A stretch of DNA of 63,176 bases, the filler included, from Halocafeteria seosinensis (lineage: Eukaryota): NCBI GenBank assembly GCA_001687465.1. It is 7 parts of 7 records of this genome, joined end to end, with 100 filler letters (N's around TTAATTAATTAA, not from the genome) between each part and the next. Parts side by side here need not be neighbours in the genome. Positions count along the whole stretch, not along the records: positions 31,827 to 53,348 come from LVLI01000073.1; 6 more parts are not named here. One strand, given 5' to 3'. Made by a program: the position numbers and the translations under genes. Under the pieces are notes generated by a model. It worked only from the letters and a program-made list of their open reading frames with translations. It did no database searches and had not been told where the DNA came from. Below are positions 33,047-46,493 of the stretch, one piece after another. Every line of letters starts with the position of its first letter. Within the stretch, counting starts at the first letter, position 1.

Positions 33047-35344
33047 CTGTCGTGTGGTTAAGACTTATCCGAAGGTAACGGAAACACGAGACTCTCGTGA
33101 CGATACCGAGAGTCGGAGCTGGAGAAGGGCTACACGTACTCGGAAAAGGCTGATACTCGAAACTGCACTCCTCAGTCCTGCTTCTTCTTCCTACTGCGCT
33201 ACTGCAGCCGGACGCGAACGTCATCGTCAATTAGCTTTCTTTGGAGTTTAAGGGAGCTATAAGCTTATACAAACATGCATCGAGAGATTGCAACCTAGTG
33301 CCTAAGAGTACTACCTATACAGCGTAGCCTACTCGTCTTGGTAGGGGCAAGACTACCGGTCCAATACACACGCCTCCTACACTACCGGTAGCGTTAAGGA
33401 GGGTGGTTACACACATGTTATGGACCCCATTTAACGGCGACAGGGTAGAATGATAGACACACGTCCTACTACACAGAGGTATCTCGATATGTAGTGAGAA
33501 GTTCTAATAGTTAATTGACGAAAGTGAGGGCCACATCATCTGAGCCTACATGGCAAAACTCCATCTCATAATTTAATATATTTTCTACTAGGATTGTCAT
33601 TCTGGCGTGGATTTTCCAGCATGATATGCTAGTAAAATGAGTTACGCTTGGAATGGCACCTCCAATTCGAGGCTATCCACATTCCAGGACCTCTCTAGAC
33701 GTTTAGAATCTCATGGGCTACCAGCTCGACAGCGCCCGACGGAGCTCGACTCGTCTAGATCAGTGCATCGTACGTGAAGGTCGAGACTCGAGTGCTTCCA
33801 TCCACTAGGTGCGCGATTATGGAATCTTCCCTGTGTATATCATGCAGAGCCGAATCAAAACAAGGAAATGCAGAGACAACCGGGTTGATTCTCAACGACA
33901 AACTCATGAGGCCAATGATGCCATTGCACCACATGCATCCGCAGCATCCGATACAAAACAGCTCCGCAGTGCACTGGATGAGCAAGTAAACTACAACCAG
34001 ACAATCCGATCAAGAATCCAGCGGAATGCTCTGTATCTGCAACACCTGCCCTTTCTCAACGATCACGGACAAATCAGTCTACTACTGGTACCGCAGCAGC
34101 TGATGTGTACGATATCCCTTAGACAGCGTGAGCAAAATTACTAGCGAAAACAGTGAAACAGCTCACGCAAATACGTGAGCGACTCCTGCCGTATGCTATG
34201 GATCGAAAGGATTCAGCATTACATTCCGAAGAGACGTTTGAGTTGCCCAGTAGCTGGAAGAGTGCCACGGACGACCTGGGGAAGCGGCAGTTTGGCAATG
34301 CTTTAGAGGTACTGTACACTGTAGGTGATTCGATGATTGATGTGGCACCTTCCAAGGGGAGGAATTCTCGTTCTGGACCCGAAACGCAATGGGACCTGGG
34401 TCAAGTTGGAAGGCCTCCAAAGTTGGCTCGGAAGAGCACCCTCTATGCCTCTGGCAGAAAGCCACCACAAAGAAGGACTACAACACGTCGGCGAAAGCTT
34501 TACCAATGAATATGAGTGACTGTTCATTTGTTTATCCGGAATGGATAAATGCCACACTGAGATGGTTTTAAGAAAGGAAGGAATATCTTCCTATACGTAT
34601 AATAGGATTCTACCTGAGTCCAGAGAAACTGCCGAAGAACCGAGACTACTGTAGTCTGGAGCACTCATTTCTTCTTTTGCGTTTGTTTGTCCAGCAATAG
34701 TCGGCGAATGTGTGAGATCCGTTCCCGCCCGGTGTGCACAAAGGGTGTAATTTTTAGAAAGAAATTGCAAGACATGCGGTGAGTGATGCTCTCCGTTGCG
34801 TTCTCTTTGGAGGTACGAATCGATACACTTCTGCTCACCAAGCACGTAACCGATTGCATTCAGCGTCTTTCAGTAACGCAGAACTTTCAACTCGGTTGAA
34901 AACATTCCCTGGTCCCCAGCAAGGAAGACTCTGCTTCATACACATACACACGCTCTCTTCATACAATTTATTGGGAATTACTAAATTTAACCACGTTCGC
35001 AACATCCCACAGCAGTGCCACACTGAGTCATCCCGGCAATATCCAGGATGAGCTCCCCGCTAGGCGACTTCGGGAAAAAGAAAGGGAGCTTCATACGGTG
35101 TTGTAGCTACACAATGCACTGAATAAGGGTCGGTCGTATATGTGCTGACGGTGTAGTGCAATGTATGTGGAATACGGTATCGTAAGATATATTGTAATTG
35201 GCTCATCCGTAGCCCTGGTTTTGCTGTCTTTGTGTATGTATTGACTTTCGGAGAACCGTTTACCCACGAGAGGAAGTCAGACACTGTGCAATACCATTAG
35301 AACACTTTAGAGACACTAAGCTCTTTGTGAATACAAAGAATAAA

Positions 35345-37480
35345 ATGGCGGCTGCTCGAGTAGAAACCCCAGGAAAAGGGAAAAATCGAAAGTTTGATTT
35401 ATTCAAGGCGTTGGAAGAGATTCCACATTGGTACATTCCAAAACACTGCGAAGTGAAGAAGGAAGTTGAGAATGGCAAGGATCCACAAGAAACTTTTACC
35501 GAAAGCATTGAATATTGCTTGAGTAGAGAACACCGAATTCTAGCAACAGACATTGAAGGAGCGCGAAAGTGTCTATGTCAACAAAAAGGGAAGGGGGAAC
35601 TGACTGACATCCAAAACGAAGACCTGATGCGTCGCATTGCGGTGGCTTGCTTTCTTTTGGCTGACGATAGGGCCCCGATTGAGTACGCGGAAAAACGACT
35701 CACGAACTTGTATCCTCCGGATCAAGAAGAGGTAATGGAAGCGAAGGTTGGAAAGTGGATCAAGGATCGATCAAAGTCGAAAGTCAATATATTTAAAGAG
35801 TTGTCAGAACTGTCGCTAAGCCAGACACTGAGTGCGGTGATAACGAAAATTTGCGCGCATGAATTAGGTAAGCGATACGGCCGCCGGTATACTCATTAAA
35901 CATGTATGTCGTGCGTGGGTTAATATAGGGGTATCCCATGTTTCAAGGCGATCTTCGTATTTTAAGGCAGTGACTGACTACGTACAGTAAGCTTGTGTTT
36001 GTTGTAATGTATACGTACAGATCCGCATATTCTTACGCTTGAAGAATGCGAAGAAGAAGCAGCCTTATGCGTGGACTTAGCGCTCCGATCATTATCGAGT
36101 ACAACATACGAAGCTCAAGGGAGGAAGTATGGTGATAATTTCAAGGACAAATGCCATACACCACTGCCCTGGGTATTTGACGCAAAGGGCGAGGCGGACA
36201 TCCTTCCCGAGTTGATGAAGATGACGCATGGCAAAGGAGAGACGGATGGGAATTGCCTACTTAAGACCCTGGAAAGTGAGTTCAAGAAGTTCGGCGGCGA
36301 CAATATGCGTCAAAAGAAGCCGGTGATTATTTTGACCGGGGTCAGTAGCGCTGGGAAAACAAGAACTGTTTTCGAGTTTGCAAGGACCAGGGGAATACCA
36401 CTTGTCATCAAAGTCGCGGAGAAACAACCGCAAAAAGTTTGGGAGAGTGTAAGGAACAAGATTTTGGAGTGTCGCGAGAGTGGCTATGAGAAGAGGAGCC
36501 TTGCCAGTAAGATTATACGCCGCTGTATAGCGGCTCACTTTGAATGGGCGGAGTTGATCGCCAAGGAACTTGTGCGGAGGAAGGATGACCTGCAGGCCGT
36601 GGCCAGTAGCAGACGCGAAACCGTTGAAGACGTCTGGCGGATGGTGCTATTGTTATCTCTCCGTAATGCATTCTGTTCCTCCAATGTGGCCGCCTTGTTT
36701 GAAAACGAAAAGAGACCTAATGACGACATTGCGGAACGACAGAAAAAACTCAAACTGTATTTTCGAGACGCCGTGGGCCCTACAGACGAGGAGCAGGAAC
36801 CGCTCAATTTTGTTCTCTGCTTCGATGAAGCACAAATGTTGGCATCGACGGACTACGCAATACTTGAAAGTGTAAAAGAGGAACGAGAAGATAACACGAA
36901 ATATTGCTCGTTGTTTTCAGTTTTCTTGGATGAAATCAAATCACTCAGCGAGACCAATTTTGTGGTGTTAAGTGGAACAGGAGTAAGAATGTCCGTAATA
37001 TCCGAAGATACGCTATCGCCTATCCAAAAAGTGGTCGTTCGTCTGTCTGTAAAAACCACGTTTGGTGTGGAGGAAGTTAAACAAGTGTTATGTGGCTACC
37101 TCAAGGAAAATGTTGTCGCGTCTTTATCGGATGACTGTATTGACAAACTTTGTGGCAGGCCAGGAATTGTGGGCAATTTCTTGTATAAGTATATTCGCCA
37201 GATTGTCAGATCTCAAAAGATTGAAGAGGTCGACGAGACAGCATGCCTTAAGTACGTCAGTGATGGTTTCGAAAACTGCATCGAGTCCTTCCTAAATATT
37301 CATGGTAGTTTTGAGAATCAACAAACTCCGAAGGAGTTGATCTTGGACGAAGAGATCCATTTGGAATATGAGCAGGGCTTCCGTCTTGTGGATGTGTGGT
37401 TAGACTTACTGAAGAACGACCCGACAGGAGCGAGTTCCCTGACGGTTTCCACCACAAAAAAGAAGAAAAGTTCCAAGTGA
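35345..37480 (+). CDS. Crinkler-like P-loop NTPase gene (spliced; appears 3'-truncated)
   Basis: Walker A ILTGVSSAGKT, Walker B VLCFDEAQ, VVLSGTG and LCGRPG. The GT donor at 35868 and AG acceptor at 36020 join ORFs 35327-35899 and 36071-37480 in frame. Confidence 0.72.
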
Positions 37481-37859
37481 TTCTTAAGGTTGTCTGCAAC
37501 CTACGACATACCCGCCCGGACATGTTGTACATGTTCTGTTTTCGCGTTGGTGAGGAGAATATGGATCTCGTCCAAGATGTATGAGTGTTTGCTGGTCCGT
37601 TTTCTTTTCGTCTTCTTTCATTTGCTTTACCTTCTCGTTGTTACAACGTGGTACCCAGTTCAAAATTTGAGCTTCAAATTCAATTCAAACACACGCCACA
37701 AGTACATACCACCCGGTATAGCACCTTCAGTACAGTGTACATAGAGTGTAATAGTACAATACCACACATTATGTAAATTCTGTTTGGAATTAGCCAAAAA
37801 GAAGACAGTCTTTGAGTGAGTGAGTGACGTTGGAAGGCAATGCTGGTTTCCGTGGTTCC

Positions 37860-38877
37860 GACCACACACACACATGTGTCACAGATAGCCCATCGGCCGG
37901 GGAGTTGACCACATCCTCTTAACGAGGAGCGGTATGCGCCCGTGTTAAGCAGCGACGGGCCCGCTGTGCCTGCAGCCTTGCTGACATGAGCCGTGAGGGA
38001 ACACAACACTGGTTTTGCTCAGCAGGCCTCGGGGCAGGTGCCATGCCTGCGCCAACGATGTCAGAGTTACCGTCGAGGCTTATTCTGGGAGGAGAAGGTC
38101 CTGAGCCTGCCACAGCGACGCCAGGACCGGTTGCAGCAGCACACGGTAGATGATGGCTCATTATTGACTTCAGGCTGCACGAGTCGGCAGCACGACAAGC
38201 GGATGCTCGTCCAGTGGAAGGCTAGCCAGAGGCAGCACAGACGTGGGAACCGGTTTCGCGGCTTCAGAAGGACCTGGGTAGCCGCACATTCTTTGACCTC
38301 GAGCAGGCCATGCACTACAATCTTGGGCTATGTTGACGAAAATGAGGTGGACGAAACTCCTGGGGTGCCCGCCACAACGGTTGCGTCAGGACCAACACTT
38401 AATCCTAACTGCGCGTAGCTCTAGGCGGCCAGTCTAAGCAAGAGAAACCATTTCCCATTGGGTTGTTTGACGCGGTCTTAGCCAAGCGGTCGGCAGTCGA
38501 GTTTGAAGCCCTCCGTATGAACCTAACCTCTGCGCTCGTCACCCATTGGTAGGTTCCTAAGGTGGAACGATTCAGCCCGGCGGACTCCGTGCCCTCTCGA
38601 ACAGCGGGATGAACCTGTCCTTGCGACACTGGGCTTCGCCATTCATGTGAATCATGATGTGATCGACCATCGTTTGTGAGTCGCATTCCATGCGGACGTC
38701 CACCCAGACTCCACCGGTGCTGGTGGCTGACTTGGGGACGCGTCAAGTGCATCGAACACCCAGCAACAGGCCTTCGTATTCGGCTTCGTTGTTAGTCTTG
38801 TGTGGCCCTACGTACTGGCTTGAGAGGCCTAGCTGGAGTGTGGTACCAGCTGGCCCAACCATGGTAGCATACAGCCC
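37860..38877 (-). mobile_element. Degenerate 3' portion of an RNase H-encoding non-LTR retroelement
   Basis: Clearly homologous to 53449-53825 (GPHKTNNEAEYEGLLLG; RFIRRASNSTADRLAK) but frameshifted. Ends in a short (TG)n tract on the minus strand. Confidence 0.7.
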
Positions 38878-38927
38878 CATGGCCCATTGGCCCATGATAC
38901 CATTGGCTGCCAAATTGGCAGTGCCAA

Positions 38928-40753
38928 TAAACTGTCAGGTACAAAACCGTACCTGTACCTTTCTGTACCGGGTACAGGTGGTTGGAAATGAAGTGTGTGA
39001 TGCGATGATATGGCACGGAGAGGAGAGTCTAAAGCCCTGTACAAGCCGGGTACGGTAACAAGTGCCAGGTACGGTCAGGTACAATCAGCTAATTTACATG
39101 TTCATTATTTTCGGATTGCAATGATCTCGCACATTTCACTACTTCTCAACAGAACGTGTGATTCTATTTTACTTTCCTCTGGTAAGTATGGATGGTGTGG
39201 ATGCATGGATTATAAGGGAGCTGGGAATTTTTTGGGGGAGCTACAAGGAGCGTCTACGACTTATGCAGCAATTTTGTGTCCATCTCATTCATTGCAGGGT
39301 ATACATTGTTCTCATCCTCATACATTCCGTAGGAATCAGTCGACACAATGGCGTATAAAAGCGTGAAATCTGATATATGGCGCCATTTTTCCCCCAGCAC
39401 CGAGAGGGAAGCCAACTCGCGGCGTTTTCTATACGCACATTGCCTGCATTGCAGTGAGAAAATCCAACCAGCTAAAACGGAGAGTACTTTGCCGGTATGT
39501 AGACGGAAAAGCTGCCCGAACGTGTGGAAGAAACGATCACAAATCGGCGATTCTTCGACGACATACAAACTGTATTGTCTGTGTGCGCTCCTATTGCAGA
39601 ATCTATAGGTCGATTAGAACAAAGGAAGTCGACCTTGGTGGACTGTTTGATCGAAATATTGCGGATTGTTTACCGGTTACAAATGAAGCAGAAAACCCTG
39701 GATCAGGACTTTTTATCCCATGTCAAAAAGGTTGTAAATTTACGGTACAACCAATACGTTACGGGCTATCACGTGCTCGCATTGTATTTGCATCCCTCCG
39801 GCAAGGATCTGTTCCACAGCAGTTCCGCTAAAAACAGCAATGGTATTCTGTCTACATTGATTCCTACTATGAAGAAGTGGAGGTACACAGAAGATCGCGC
39901 CACGAAGGTGGTTGAGCAATTGCAAGAGTACGAAAAAGAGCTCTCGAACTTTAGCTCGTCTGCTCCTCCGGATGACACATACCTATCGTGGAAGCGAATG
40001 AGGCCTCTACCTGAAAATGAATTGCTGAGATCATTCTCCTTGAGGCTATTAGCGATAACTCCCACCGCTGTGGAAGCAGAGAGACTGTTTGCTAGCCTAA
40101 CTTGTATAAATACGAAGCGGAGAGGCCGCATGTCCACCGGAACGCTGAAGCAGCTTGGACAGATAAAAACATACCTCCGATCGGACAAGACGGTCAGTCT
40201 CTCCAAAGCGAAGAAAGAGATCAAAACAGAGCAGACAGAAGAGAACTCGACTGGAGAATCTGACAACGGATGGGATAGTGATTCCGACGAAACTGTACTT
40301 GAGGCTTTCGCCGACCATGACTTTGAAAGAATGCTGCATGAAATGGACCCTGAGGACTTCAGCGAGTGGGATGTTGGTGTGAGCGTCAATGATGTCTTAG
40401 AGACTATAGATGCGCAGGATACTGAATCGTCAGAATTCATCCCGGCCAAGCACTTCGATCTAAGTCATCCAATGATTTCAGGGAGAAATCGCGGTAGTGG
40501 AGGGAATGCAGCATCAGCCTCCACTCCCGTAGCTCAGAGCGCAGAAGCCGAGTCATCGAAGGAGTGGAGCGCTGAAGACCTCCTCAGCAAACTAGAAAAC
40601 AAATAATACAGGGTAAGACGCAAATCATTTCCATTACCGGTATTAGCGCATAACAGGCCCTTCTAACATACATCAAGTTTGTAGCCGTTGCAAACTGTAC
40701 CTGCTTGTACCCAGGTACGGTACAGCTTAAGGCCGTACCTACCTGACAGTTTA
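38928..40753 (+). mobile_element. hAT DNA transposon, internally deleted, 1826 bp
   Basis: 14-bp TIRs TAAACTGTCAGGTA (38928-38941) and TACCTGACAGTTTA (40740-40753); perfect 8-bp TSD AGTGCCAA (38920-38927 and 40754-40761); many subterminal GTACC/GGTAC repeats. Confidence 0.95.
39348..40606 (+). pseudogene. hAT transposase remnant (BED-finger start plus C-terminal dimerisation region; catalytic middle missing)
   Basis: SDIWRHF...AHCLHC in one frame; LALYLHP and LRLLAITPTAVEAERLFASL...KRRGRMS in another. Confidence 0.85.
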
Positions 40754-40995
40754 AGTGCCAATGATTGGCATCGCATTGACGTCAAACAATTGTTTCTTTA
40801 AAGACGCCGAAAAGATTGCATGGTTGGATTTTGTTGATGAGAACCTGGGCCTTTTTTGTAGTTTTCCCACAGGGGGCGTCAAAGGGAGAGCCAAGTACCC
40901 TGGCCTTTAGCGCTCCATTAGAAGGGAATTTCACCTTGGTTTGGTTGCGTTGGAGAGCTGTACAAGTCTTATAGAGACGCTACATAGACCCAAGA

Positions 40996-43900
40996 ATGTC
41001 CATTGTGAAGGAGATCAGCGGGATCCAGGAGCCTGTGGCGGCATGGTGCCCGTATGGCGGTCTAATCGAGGGAGACAATGGATACGCGCTGGAGGAGTTG
41101 GTGGCCATTGGCCAATCACAGGGGGGAGATACTGGAGCTGGCGAGGATCATGGAGGTAGATTAGAGATATACGGCCTTAATTTAGTGACTGGCAGCCAGA
41201 ATAAAGGGACGCCGCGTGTGCTAAGAACTGTGGAAACGCCGTAAGACCCGTTTAAGCACTATCCACAGCGTTGGTCCACGTTCACGTAGCGTTCTTTTCA
41301 CTTTCATACAGGTCCAAAGTCACTAGTATTGCATGGGGCAGAGCTGGCGGAAGACGATATGGCCTCATCGCAGGCGGTATGGTTGACGGAAGTATCCACG
41401 TCTGGGACGCCCAAAGACTGCTCCAGGAACACAACCAAGAAGCCGCTTATGTAACAGAAATAAGACGACGACAGGGAAGCCGCGATCATTTACATACCGG
41501 CAGTGTTACAGCAATGGAGTTTAACGGTCACGAGTCGTCACCACACCTCTTGGCTTCGGGATCGGCTTCTGGGGAAATTTTCATTACCAACTTGGAGAAA
41601 CCTCAGCAGCCCTCCGTTGCTGCTCCCACGAACCAAGGGTCCAGAACACCGGAAGATCCTCGTCAGGGGGCGCTTCCTGCTATAACGGATGTGTCGTGGA
41701 ATCCTTGTGCTGCGCACATATTGGCCTCCTCTCGGCAGGATGGAGCCTGTATTGTCTGGAATCTCCGGAAGTCAGCGGTACGTGTTGTCCGCAGTGATGC
41801 AAACGATTAACAAGCATCTAAATTTGCTGCTGAAAACTATGTAGCCGCAGCCTTTCAAGATTCTCCGGGATCCCCATAACAAACCTGTGTCATGTATTGC
41901 TTGGAGTCCCAATAAAGGAATTGGTCTAATGACAGGAACCGATGCAGATCAACAGTACGTATCGCAGCTCCAGGCTATCACTCGTTTTATCGTAGCCTAT
42001 TCGTCTTTTCTTCGTTGTTGTGGAAGCAGATCGGTTGTGCGAGTATGGGAACTTCGACCAAGCGCACCTCCAACTTACAAGGAATTAGGTGGGCACGCTG
42101 GAGGCATCTTATCGTGTGGATGGAATCCGCACGAGTCAGCGTACATTGTAACCGCCGCAAGAGACGCAAAGACGCTTCTTTGGGATGTTGAGTCGAGGGA
42201 CCAGAAGCCCATTGGAGAATGGCATTCTGGTAGTGATCATGACGGTCAGAGTGATGACGATCATCACGCAATGCCCTACCATTCTATGGACTTTCATTCG
42301 GCTGGAGACGTGTTCGACGGAGATGGCCCAGCTGGTCAGCCCGGATATCGCAACAGTATAATGTGGAGCCCCAAACTCCGTGGTGTGGCTGCAACCTGTG
42401 CATTGGATGGAACTGTTCACATAATTAGTGATCACACACTCAATGGAGTGTCAGCAACCTCTTGTTCTAAACCCCCTTCGTGGATGAAGCGACGAGCGGG
42501 TGTGGCTGTAGGCTTTGGCGGGCGAATTGCGTTTTTCAGTAACAAAATAGAGAAGGACGTTGAAACGATCGAGCGGATCAGGTTGTCTAAGAAAAAAGAC
42601 TTTTCTGCTGAAGCTGACCTTCCGGAGAATGTATTGGGTATTTTTGAATGTCTTCAACAGCGTGGCCATATGCCGCTGCCGCGGACGCTATCACTCTCTG
42701 GTGTGTCTATATTGACCGAGAGAACATCTGAAGCCGTGCTAATGGAACGCATGCAACGTTTGCATGACATCGTTTTCGGTATAACGGATTTCGATGAATG
42801 CGGACGTGTTCCACCAGAGGATCATCTGCAACTCATTTGTGAGTATTGTGCTGAGCAGATTGCAGAAGCAGAAGAACGATCCGACTCCGTCGAGCGCGAT
42901 ACATGGAAGTTTATGGAGGCTCTGATGCCTGGAGAATCCATGAGAACGAAAGTACAGCGGCATCTGGGTTATTCTCCTGAGGAGGTTCGAAGGTTATGCA
43001 TTGACTATGTTGGAGAGGACAGGGCAAAGAGGATCGGTGTCATTGCTCCAAACCCATCGGAAACGGGTGCGGATGAGTTCGATAACAAAGCATACCAGGG
43101 TATCTCTGAAGTTCACAATGGGGAATATTCAGCTGAAGATGTCTTCGACGATGACCACGAAGCAGATACAGGAGTGGGAAACGCTGAGTCTACGGCGACA
43201 CCTGTCGAAGATGCATACAGCATGCATAACGGGAGTAATGTTGTAGAGAGTTTACGGGATCAACGCTCTGCTGCCATAGCTGCCGCCAGGGATATGGCCG
43301 ATACTCCAGGCTCAAACATTCGTCAAACGAATAACTTTAATGAGAATACAGCCGGGGCGTTGCTCCTTAGACAAGCAATGCTCGTTGGTGATTTCCCGTC
43401 TGCGGTTTCTATTTGCTTTAAGATGAACCGTTACAGTGATGCGCTAATGATTGCCGCTTGTGGCGGTGAAGAGCTGTGGTCCGCCGCTCGACAAGAGTAT
43501 CTGATGGCAACAAAGAGCGGTTTCTCTGACTTGCTCGATTCAGTAGTTGGCGGGGAACTGGAGAAGCTCATAGCGACTGCCCCATTAGGTACTAGTGAGG
43601 GTCAAGGCTCTTCAGGTGGGTGGCGAGATTTACTGGCGCTGCTTTGTGCTTACAGTGAAAGCAATGAGTTTCTATCCCTTACGGATGCGTTAGGTGACCG
43701 CCTCTGTTCAAGCGCAACGTCAGAACAACATCGTTTTGCGGCGTCTTTGTGCTACATGAGTGCTTTCAACACCTCCAAGATCATTCCTTTGTGGGTGGAG
43801 CAATGTACGCAGCATCTGGATACGTTATTTTCGCATCGCAATGGGGCTGATGACCGCGATGTGGGAGTTGAAATGGCCCTAGCCATTCATAAGTGCATGG

Positions 43901-45303
43901 AAAAAGTTTGCATTTTCCGAAGCTTCCTGGCGCGACGTGAGCAGACGGGCGATGTTCCAGTATCAGAAGAGCAGAACCATGCCGCAGTTAGTGATTCTAT
44001 AGTTGGTCAAATATTTGGGCAAGGAAAACAAAGCGAAAGTGAGACTATGCTGTTCTCTCTTTATTCCCTGCTACTGGCCCAATCAGGAGACGTTGGACGA
44101 GCATTGAATTTTGCGCGCGCCATTGAGCCTAATCGCGTTCACGGAGATCCTTTCGCTCTGACTGGGTCATTCCGGGGGACTAAGTTTGGTCTAGTGGATG
44201 CGGTGTTACGGCACACAGGACGAAAACATGGCTCTGCTCCAGCTTTAGCGGAAGACAGTTCCTTAGATACATCGCAAGTGACATTGGATAGGCTGTGGCA
44301 CGGTTTCGATACTCATGGCAGACAAATACTCTCGGGCTTGTATGGTTTTGCTTACAACCACCCAGCAGGTGCTTGCTTTCCATCTCAAGAGATTCGCATT
44401 GATCAATCTGCCCCTATCAGTCAAACAGGCCCTTCCCGTGTTTCCAGAGGTGCAAAGGGAGACGGTCACGGCGCTGCAACTTTACCAAGGGGACAGGAGC
44501 ATCAGTATTCCCAAGCTCGTCATCCACCTCCCCATCCTCACCAGCAACATGCTATGCCACAACAGCCTCAAACTCAAATCCACCAGCAGTACGCCTTTCA
44601 GGAGCAGCCTTCTAACGGTACTGTTGGTGTAGGTTACTCCCAGCCGCAGGAGCCAAGCGTATACGGACAAGGAGGTGCACCGGTGCAACAACCGCAGCAA
44701 GTACAGACCCCCGCACCTCAAGCTCAGACTCGTGGAAGAAATGATTCTGGATCTTATCAGCCTGATGGATTCGTATCATCTGCTGGCAATGCCACTTTGG
44801 GTGCCAAGTACGGTAACTATGGTGGACCGGCAAACACTGGGTACAGTAATACAGGTAGCTACGGTGGAGGCTCTATTGCGCGGCAAGCATACGCTGAAAG
44901 TGCAAACCAACAGACTGGTAGAGGCCAAGTTGGTTCCGGAGATTTGCAGCATCAAGAGCCTCCAGAAGAACCCACACCTGAGCATGTTGAAAACTTGATC
45001 GCTACTGTATCCTCCCTATGCGATCAGTTAGAGCAACACTTCTCGCTAAATGCCATGGAGCGAAAGCGCAAGAAAACCAAACAGGCAGAATTGGATAATA
45101 ACGTTCGCCAAATGTACAGAGGAGGCAGCGAGGTGATCGATAATTTCGTTAATGAGGTGGGTTCTGCGCTCGCTTCTGGTAATATAAATGGTGCCTTGAA
45201 GAGTATTGAGCAGGTTGCCCAGAGTAGAGAATGGAGTCGCCACAGTCGGTGGATCACGCCTTTGAGAACCGTTTTAAAACTAGCAGAGTCGAAAATACGT
45301 TAA
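40996..45303 (+). CDS. SEC31: COPII coat protein Sec31 (WD40 plus alpha-solenoid plus Pro/Gln-rich linker), spliced
   Basis: WD40 motifs IAGGMVDGSIHVWD, LLASGSASGEIFI and VSWN...HILAS; hallmark KPPSWMKRRAGVAVGFGGRI; DALMIAACGGEELW. GT-AG introns at about 41241-41311, 41778-41844/41850 and 41955-42029. Confidence 0.93.
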
Positions 45304-45494
45304 TCACCCCATATACATGGTCTAAAAGGATTCGGTTAATAGTTGATATGAATATACACAACAAATTGTTTTGGTACGTCCTTGTACATTTTCCTTGCCA
45401 CTCATCGGACGCCAATCCTCGATCTGTTCCAACACGCTAAGCAGTCCACATTCCCAAACACAAATTAGTTCTTGGAAGCCTTTCCCATGCTTGG

Positions 45495-45816
45495 TTATGT
45501 CGTCCTCGGTGGTGGCGCCACTAGTACAATAATGTCCCCTCGTAGGAAGAGCATATCAAAGCGTCGTACCGTAGGCTTGCTTCCTTGGTGGGTGGTCTCC
45601 TCCACGTCTCCTAACACCATATTCAGATGCTCATCATATCCCTGCATCCCATTAATTGTAGCGCGGTATCCTTTACACGAACGCGTGTATAATAAAGGAG
45701 CGCATCCTTACATGTAATTTGCCTTTTAATTGCTGTCCATTTCGGCATTTAATTTTGATATACTCGTCCAAACTAAGCCGAATCAAGTCCAACGGCGTCT
45801 CTACAGCGGTGGCCAT
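45495..45816 (-). CDS. LSM3: U6 snRNA-associated Sm-like protein LSm3 (two exons; absent from the ORF track)
   Basis: Exons 45816-45712 and 45641-45495 with a GTAAG...CAG intron give [51 protein letters not shown]...[17 protein letters not shown]. Confidence 0.93.
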
Positions 45817-46493
45817 GTCTCTCTCGTTGCCCGGTGGGTATGCACAACAGAACTCATCGATGGGTAATGTAATATCGTAACAAACCTCGCCTACTTGTAG
45901 CTCCTGAGCGTAATAGGTTGAAGTTCCTTACTTCAACCCAAGTTCATGCATCATGAATCATTATGAATGATGGGACTTCTGGCAGAGTCGATGTAAACAA
46001 GTGTTTGCTTTGCTCTCCATTCCGTGGTACTTTGTGGACACTATTAACGCCACGTGAATCACGCGTGGCCCTTTGCAGCGTTTAACTGAAATGCGTTTTG
46101 TACCCCGTGGGTTGGGGGTTGACACAATCACTGGACAACAATGTCAACGAAAGCTCAACGGGGGAAAAATGAGGGTAAGGCTGCCTATCTAGATGCTCTT
46201 TATAATACGTTAGGACGCTTGATACGGGTTTTCCTTGTGCCCCAGGTGAAGAAGTTTACGACGAAATCGTAGAAGGTAAGCCTCCTTTTCGTCGAAAATT
46301 CGACGTTTTCTGTGTGGCTCCGTTGCATACTATTGTGTACTAGTGATATCCGGATATGGTAGCACAGGAGAGACACACTTGTCGGATAAAATGAAGGGAG
46401 ACGTCTTGCCGAATCGTGAGTGGGAAGCTCCCGTATTGATGATGAAGTTTTTTTTCCCGTTAACTGACCTGTCAATCTAGTGATGCAGCTAGG

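Noticed and set aside
33660..34571. Broken plus-strand ORFs, possibly a decayed retroelement
   Set aside because: No diagnostic motif found by eye.
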